Of a stretch of DNA of 45,970 nt, positions 41,547 to 45,970 are shown piece after piece. The notes under the pieces are model-generated. The model did no database searches and was not told where the DNA came from. It saw nothing but the letters and a program-made list of their open reading frames with translations. How positions within the stretch are numbered: position 1 is the first letter of the stretch; the number at the start of each line of letters is the position of its first letter. Made by a program: the position numbers and the translations under genes. The stretch is from Candidatus Latescibacterota bacterium (GTDB lineage: Bacteria > Latescibacterota > UBA2968 > GCA-2709665), in NCBI GenBank assembly GCA_963667175.2, contig CAXXXF010000009.1, positions 1 through 45,970 of the forward strand, written 5' to 3'.

Positions 41547-42245
41547 ATGAACGTGTACCGAATCAGACCTGCGTCTGGCAGCCTGACGGCGCTGCTTGTG
41601 TGTCTCACGCTCTGGAGTTGTGCCGACCCTGAGATGAGTGAGACTCCTTCTACCGATGAATCGCCTGCCCAGGCGGGAAGCGGCGTGACGATCGTGAATC
41701 CGAATTTGGCCCTTGGCGACGAACTCACCGCACTCCCCGGGATGACGCCGGAGCTCGCCGACGCCATCCTGCGGCAGCGTCCCTTCCTCAATATGGAAGC
41801 GCTACACTCGGTCGTCGCACAGCATGTGAGCCGGGAGGACGCTGAAAAGCTCTACGTGGACATGTTCGTTCCGATCGACCTGAACCGTGCCGGCAACCGG
41901 GATATTCGCCTCATCCCGGGCGTGGGAGAACGGATCGCACACGAGTTTGAGGAGTACCGCCCGTATACGGCCATTGCCCAATGGGAGCGGGAGATGGGGA
42001 AATACGTGGACGACGCGGAGATCGAACGCATGCGGCGGTACGTCTTCGTGCCCATCGACCTGAACACGGCCACCGAAACGGAGATCCTGTCCATCCCGGG
42101 CGTGGGCAAACGCATGGCGCATGAGTTCGAGGAGTACCGCCCGTATACGAGCATGGAACAGTTCAGGCGTGAAATCGGCAAGTACGTGAAAGAAGACGAG
42201 GTCGCGCGGCTGGAGCGGTACGTACAAATCCGTCCGCAGGATTGA
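41547..42245 (+). CDS. Lipoprotein with three ComEA-like helix-hairpin-helix repeats
   Basis: Lipobox-like LWSC; repeats IDLN...IPGVG..AHEFEEYRPY...REIGKYV...ERYV. Confidence 0.75.
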   Translation: MNVYRIRPASGSLTALLVCLTLWSCADPEMSETPSTDESPAQAGSGVTIVNPNLALGDELTALPGMTPELADAILRQRPFLNMEALHSVVAQHVSREDAEKLYVDMFVPIDLNRAGNRDIRLIPGVGERIAHEFEEYRPYTAIAQWEREMGKYVDDAEIERMRRYVFVPIDLNTATETEILSIPGVGKRMAHEFEEYRPYTSMEQFRREIGKYVKEDEVARLERYVQIRPQD

Positions 42246-42338
42246 GGCTGTTAAGGCCGTTCTCGATCTGTTTTCGGACCGGTTGCACAAAGAAAGACCC
42301 CGCGACGAAATGCGCGCGGGGTCTTGTCGTATCCGATG
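42195..42338 (+). repeat. Direct repeat copy 1 (HhH gene 3' end + terminator hairpin)
   Basis: Similar to 43021-43154; contains AAGACCCCGCG...CGCGGGGTCTT. Confidence 0.9.
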
Positions 42339-42352
42339 CGTGGGGCCCGCTT

Positions 42353-42658
42353 TCAGCCGGTCTCGTACCGCTTAACGTTGACTTCGCCTGACCGGGCTCG
42401 CATCCGTGCGGCGTCGTACCAGGCCTGCATCCGCAGGAGCATCTCCATGCTTACGTCGAAGGACTTCTCGATGCGCAGAGCCATCTCCGCCGACAGGGCG
42501 GCGTGTCCGTTCAACAGGGCCGAAAGCGTCGCACGGCGGACACCGAGCATACGCGCCGCCTGTGTCACGTTCAATCCCGATTCCTCGATGACCTCGGTTC
42601 GGATAAAATCGCCCGGATGCGATGGGGTCATGCTTACGTCAATTCTGTTTGTATCCAT
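42353..42658 (-). CDS. higA: HigA-family antitoxin
   Basis: PSHPGDFIR, HTH, LSAEMALRIEKSF, LRMQAWYD. Confidence 0.92.
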   Translation of the reverse strand: MDTNRIDVSMTPSHPGDFIRTEVIEESGLNVTQAARMLGVRRATLSALLNGHAALSAEMALRIEKSFDVSMEMLLRMQAWYDAARMRARSGEVNVKRYETG

Positions 42659-42948
42659 CAGTGGTAGTCCTCCAGGTTCAAGCCGTCTATGCTACCGCCA
42701 TCTTCATTAAACGTAATCCGCCAGTTTTCAGAGACCGAGATGCTCCAATCTTCCTGACGATCGCCTGAGAGGCGATGTACCCGCCAACCACGAGGCGCAT
42801 CGTCTATGAAACTGCCGAGATCCTCAGACAGAATCAGGACCGTCAGGATCTTGCGCACGCGGTCGACCAGGTTCTGTCGCACGAACCGGGAGTTATCGTG
42901 TTCAAGCAATTGACGCAATCCCCGATGGCGGACAGACCGAATAACCAT
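42658..42948 (-). CDS. higB: HigB-family (RelE-fold) toxin
   Basis: IRSVRHRGL, HRLSGDR, WSISVSENWRITF, C-terminal LEDYH. Confidence 0.92.
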   Translation of the reverse strand: MVIRSVRHRGLRQLLEHDNSRFVRQNLVDRVRKILTVLILSEDLGSFIDDAPRGWRVHRLSGDRQEDWSISVSENWRITFNEDGGSIDGLNLEDYH

Positions 42949-42954
42949 AATACA

Positions 42955-42983
42955 AGTGTACGGTAAGACCGTTCACTGTGCAA
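42955..42983 (-). promoter_or_regulatory. higBA promoter with overlapping palindromic operator, probably leaderless
   Basis: TTGCAC-17 bp-TACACT, ending 6 nt before the ATG; inverted repeat AGTGTACGGT-AAG-ACCGTTCACT at 42955-42977. Confidence 0.7.
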
Positions 42984-43020
42984 GTCCTTTCTCTTGGGGC
43001 CCGTTCCACTCGATTGACAC

Positions 43021-43154
43021 GATGACGTCGCGCGACTGGAACGGTACGTAGAAATCCGTCCGCAGGAAAAAGACCGAACTCCGGCAGCAGCCAGACCGAT
43101 TGCGCAAAAAAGACCCCGCGACGAAATAGCCGCGGGGTCTTGTCGTATCCGATG
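43021..43154 (+). repeat. Direct repeat copy 2 (orphan HhH gene 3' end + terminator hairpin)
   Basis: Encodes DDVARLERYVEIRPQE versus DEVARLERYVQIRPQD in the gene; same hairpin and downstream GTCGTATCCGATG. Confidence 0.9.
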
Positions 43155-43272
43155 TGTTTTCAATTGTTTATTGTCCGACCTTCCATCCTTCCCATTTGTC
43201 CGGATAACACGTCGCCAGTGCATCCATTACCGGTTCCGTTCAATCCGGATCATTCTCGCTCAAAAGAGTGGC

Positions 43273-43599
43273 TTATGCTTCGACTCTAATCCGTCCATTC
43301 GGGACGGAGCGGGATTCACGGATAACTATGTCCACGTCACGCCCAAGCGACGTCAGCAGCCGCAAGAGGCGCTCCACGGAATACTCCCGAAAGTCGCCCC
43401 GCAGCAGACGCGACACGTCAGGCTGAGATAGCCCGAGGAGCTTCGCCGCCTCGACCTGCTTGAGGCCGCGTTGGCGAATGATCCTGTCGATCCGTGTGAC
43501 CAATTCGGCCTTAAGCAGGCGCACGTCGGCATCCGGCAGCCCCAGATCAGCGAATACGTTTCCGCTGCTGCGTTCGATCTTCACATTGCCGGTCTTCAT
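43273..43599 (-). CDS. XRE-family HTH antitoxin
   Basis: SSGNVFADLGLPDA, AAKLLGLSQPDVSRL, YSVERL; GGAGG RBS before MKTG. Confidence 0.9.
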   Translation of the reverse strand: MKTGNVKIERSSGNVFADLGLPDADVRLLKAELVTRIDRIIRQRGLKQVEAAKLLGLSQPDVSRLLRGDFREYSVERLLRLLTSLGRDVDIVIRESRSVPNGRIRVEA

Positions 43600-44155
43600 C
43601 GATATAACCTCCTGCAAAGTTCTCGCTAACATGTTGTTCTGCCGCTCTAACAGTCCGTTGAAAAAGTCGCTCTGCAGGCAAGGCCGAGTCATTGTGGCCG
43701 AAGACAAGGCGCGCGACCGACGCGAATCCCTGGATTCGGGGAGGGAGCGCCTGCCTGCCGCAGGCAGGCAACGCCGTATTTCGGCCACAAGGGCCGGACG
43801 CAGACCGGGTGGACTTTTTCAACGGGCTGCTACGCCTCAGCCTGATCAGGTCAATCTCAGGCTTCGGGGTTGCGATGCCCCGCCTTGCTTTCTTCTGAAA
43901 TGCATGCAGCACGTAGACGACTGCTCGGAATCGGACAGTGTAAACCGCACGGAAGGTATCACCGTCATGACGTGTGATGACTTCCAAGACGTTACTTCCC
44001 AAACCTCTTAGCGGTTTGACGTCCCGGTGTCTGAGTCCGACCTGTGCCTGATATAGAGCGTAGCCGAAGATTTGCCGTACGGCGTTCGGAAACGACATGA
44101 GATCCGATTTGCTGGAGCCAATCCATTCGACATGTCTGGGTTTGTTCGTGGTCAC
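43547..44155 (-). CDS. RelE/ParE (Gp49-like) toxin with an in-frame 61-aa MITE insertion
   Basis: WIGSSKSDL, FGYALYQAQ, GDTFRAVYTV, YVLHAFQKKA..GIATPK; MITE-derived SSPLKK...FQRTV before RAAEQH. Confidence 0.88.
   Translation of the reverse strand: MTTNKPRHVEWIGSSKSDLMSFPNAVRQIFGYALYQAQVGLRHRDVKPLRGLGSNVLEVITRHDGDTFRAVYTVRFRAVVYVLHAFQKKARRGIATPKPEIDLIRLRRSSPLKKSTRSASGPCGRNTALPACGRQALPPRIQGFASVARLVFGHNDSALPAERLFQRTVRAAEQHVSENFAGGYIDEDRQCEDRTQQRKRIR
43651..43829. mobile_element. MITE family A, copy 2 (179 bp)
   Basis: TIRs CAGTCCGTTGAAAAAGTC / GACTTTTTCAACGGGCTG; flanks CTAA / CTAC. Confidence 0.9.
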
Positions 44156-44160
44156 GTCTT

Positions 44161-44189
44161 AATATAGTGAATTCACCATAATTTCGCAA
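44161..44189 (-). promoter_or_regulatory. Toxin-antitoxin promoter with palindromic operator, probably leaderless
   Basis: TTGCGA-17 bp-TATATT, ending 5 nt before the GTG; palindrome TATAGTGAATTCACCATA at 44163-44180. Confidence 0.7.
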
Positions 44190-44466
44190 ACTGGCGATCA
44201 TACATACATCTGGGTAAGGCGCTTTTGCCGACGGAGGGAACGTGCCAGACCGATCCGACGCGGTATCCGCCCGCAAATTCGGACTTTCTGCACAAATCAT
44301 ACGTTTTTTCGTCATATTTCAAACTTCGCAATTGACCTGAACTCATTGAACCCATATATATTCAGTACTCATTCCGCGTCCGCGTCGCCGGGCCGGTCGG
44401 ATTCGCGGATTGCGGTACGACTTCGGCGGCGCAGTTTTCACCAATATTACCTTGAGGTCATCACCC

Positions 44467-45970
44467 GTGCATGAAATCGATTTTCTCGGGGATCTGATCA
44501 TCATACTCGGTTCGGCGGTCCTGGTCGCAACGGTACTGCGCCGCGCGGGCATCCCGTCGATCGCGGGGCTGATTCTTGCGGGTATGTTCGCGGGGCCCAC
44601 GGCGCTTGGCCTGGTGGACGACACGCATCAGGTCGAGATGATGGCCGAGGTCGGCATTGTCCTCCTGCTCTTCGGGATCGGTCTGGAACTCTCGCTGAGC
44701 CATATGAGGCGCATGTGGAATGCCATCCTGCTGGGCGGCGGCATCCAGGTGGCCGCCACGATCCTGTGCACCGCACTTGCGGCAGGATGGTTCGGCATGA
44801 AACCGGGGCCTGCCGTGTTTCTGGGTTTCGTTGTCGCGGTTTCCAGCACGGCTATTGTGCTGCGAGGGCTTTCGAGCCGCGGTGAACTGGACGCGCCGCA
44901 TGGCCGCCTGGCCGTTGGCATCCTGATCTTCCAGGACCTGTGTGTGGTTCCGATGATCCTGGCGGTGCCGTTTCTGGCAGGTCAGGATGGTACCACGTGG
45001 GAAATCGCGGTCGCTGCCGCCACGGGTCTCGCCATTCTGGCGGGTGTGCTTGTTGCAGCCAACCGTACGGTCCCCTACATACTCGCATTCGTTGCCAGGT
45101 CGCGCGAGAGAGAGTTGTTTGTACTCACGGTGTTTCTCGTGTGTTTCGGCATTGCGTGGGTCCTGTCTATGGCGGGAATATCGCTGGCGCTCGGAGCCTT
45201 CCTCGCGGGCCTGATCGTCGCCGGCAGCGAGTTTCGTCACCAGGCGACGTCGGACCTGATACCCGTGCGCGAAGCCTTCGCCAGCCTCTTCTTTGTATCC
45301 GTGGGCATGCTGCTGGATGTTTCAGAGGTACTTGCGCGTCTGTTGCCGACGCTCGGGCTCTGCGCGATCATTCTCGCGGGAAAGTTCGTCATCGTGCTCG
45401 TGATGGGCCTGATTCTTCGGCTTCCGCTCCGCGTCGCAATCCAGTCCGCGGCAACTCTGTGTCAGATCGGCGAGTTTTCGTTTGTACTCCTGAACGCGGC
45501 TTCCGGAACCGGCCTCCTCGACCCATCACTATCCCATAACCTTCTCCTCGCGATCATCCTGTCCATGTTGCTCACCCCCATCGCCATCGCCTTCGCCCCT
45601 CACCTTGCGCTCGGGGTCACCCGAATTCCGTGGCTGAACCGGATTCTGGATGCCGAGCCCCCCGGGATCGACACGCACGAACCACACAGCGACCACGTCA
45701 TCGTCGCCGGATACGGCCGGGCGGGCCGGGAGGTCTGCCACGCGGCCCGGGACGCGGGGTTCGCCTGCGTTGCGGTTGACGTCAACGTGGACAACGTTCG
45801 CAGAGCGCACGCGGCCGGCGACCTGGCGGTGTACGGTGACATCACCCAGACGGAGGTCCTTGAAGAACTCGGGTGCAGTGACGCGCGTCTGGTTGTGGTG
45901 ACGATCAACGACACCAGGGCGACGGAGGTCGCCGTCCGCGCGATCCGGCGGGTGGCGCCCGACACCCTCA
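44467..45970 (+). CDS. CPA2-family cation:proton antiporter with TrkA-N domain (partial, runs off the right edge)
   Basis: Own translation from GTG: MHEIDFLGDLIIIL...AEVGIVLLLFGIGLELS, SSTAIV, FQDL, LGAFLAGL, QIGEFSF, HVIVAGYGRAG. Confidence 0.93.
   Translation, partial: MHEIDFLGDLIIILGSAVLVATVLRRAGIPSIAGLILAGMFAGPTALGLVDDTHQVEMMAEVGIVLLLFGIGLELSLSHMRRMWNAILLGGGIQVAATILCTALAAGWFGMKPGPAVFLGFVVAVSSTAIVLRGLSSRGELDAPHGRLAVGILIFQDLCVVPMILAVPFLAGQDGTTWEIAVAAATGLAILAGVLVAANRTVPYILAFVARSRERELFVLTVFLVCFGIAWVLSMAGISLALGAFLAGLIVAGSEFRHQATSDLIPVREAFASLFFVSVGMLLDVSEVLARLLPTLGLCAIILAGKFVIVLVMGLILRLPLRVAIQSAATLCQIGEFSFVLLNAASGTGLLDPSLSHNLLLAIILSMLLTPIAIAFAPHLALGVTRIPWLNRILDAEPPGIDTHEPHSDHVIVAGYGRAGREVCHAARDAGFACVAVDVNVDNVRRAHAAGDLAVYGDITQTEVLEELGCSDARLVVVTINDTRATEVAVRAIRRVAPDTL

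Noticed and set aside
41860-42230. CRISPR or non-coding tandem array
   Set aside because: The ~180 bp repeats are in-frame HhH domain duplications; no repeat-spacer array was seen in the window.
43600-43788. N-terminal extension of the XRE antitoxin (171-aa ORF)
   Set aside because: The extension is mostly MITE sequence; a GGAGG RBS supports the ATG at 43599.

Overview
A GC-rich bacterial chromosome segment, probably from a diderm organism since it encodes Omp85-like proteins. Core genes, left to right: TPR regulator and lutB/lutC (the TPR gene and lutB each carry a single-base frameshift), a DapB/Ord-like dehydrogenase, an Omp85-DUF4390-NtrY/NtrX-like cluster, ahcY-metK, ptsI-ptsH, a group II GGGP synthase, alaS, recX-recA, thpR-pgpA-pgsA-recR-ybaB-dnaX, a large Alu-type SRP RNA, four tRNAs, tadA, a phosphodiesterase and a partial CPA2 antiporter. 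Accessory DNA: (1) a nested insertion at the ptsI/metK junction, where an intact IS110 with a bridge-RNA-like leader sits inside the terminal inverted repeat of a ~215 bp MITE that rewrote the ptsI stop; (2) a second MITE family in two copies, one inserted in frame (61 codons) in a RelE-like toxin; (3) CCTG...CAGG mini-palindromes nested in both MITE families; (4) an integrase-less defence island between two tRNA-Ser genes (hsdM-hsdS-Abi_C-like-hsdR, mrr remnant, ankyrin-like gene); (5) two toxin-antitoxin modules, one bracketed by a diverged duplication of a gene 3' end plus terminator. All calls come from reading the sequence and recognising motifs; no searches were run.
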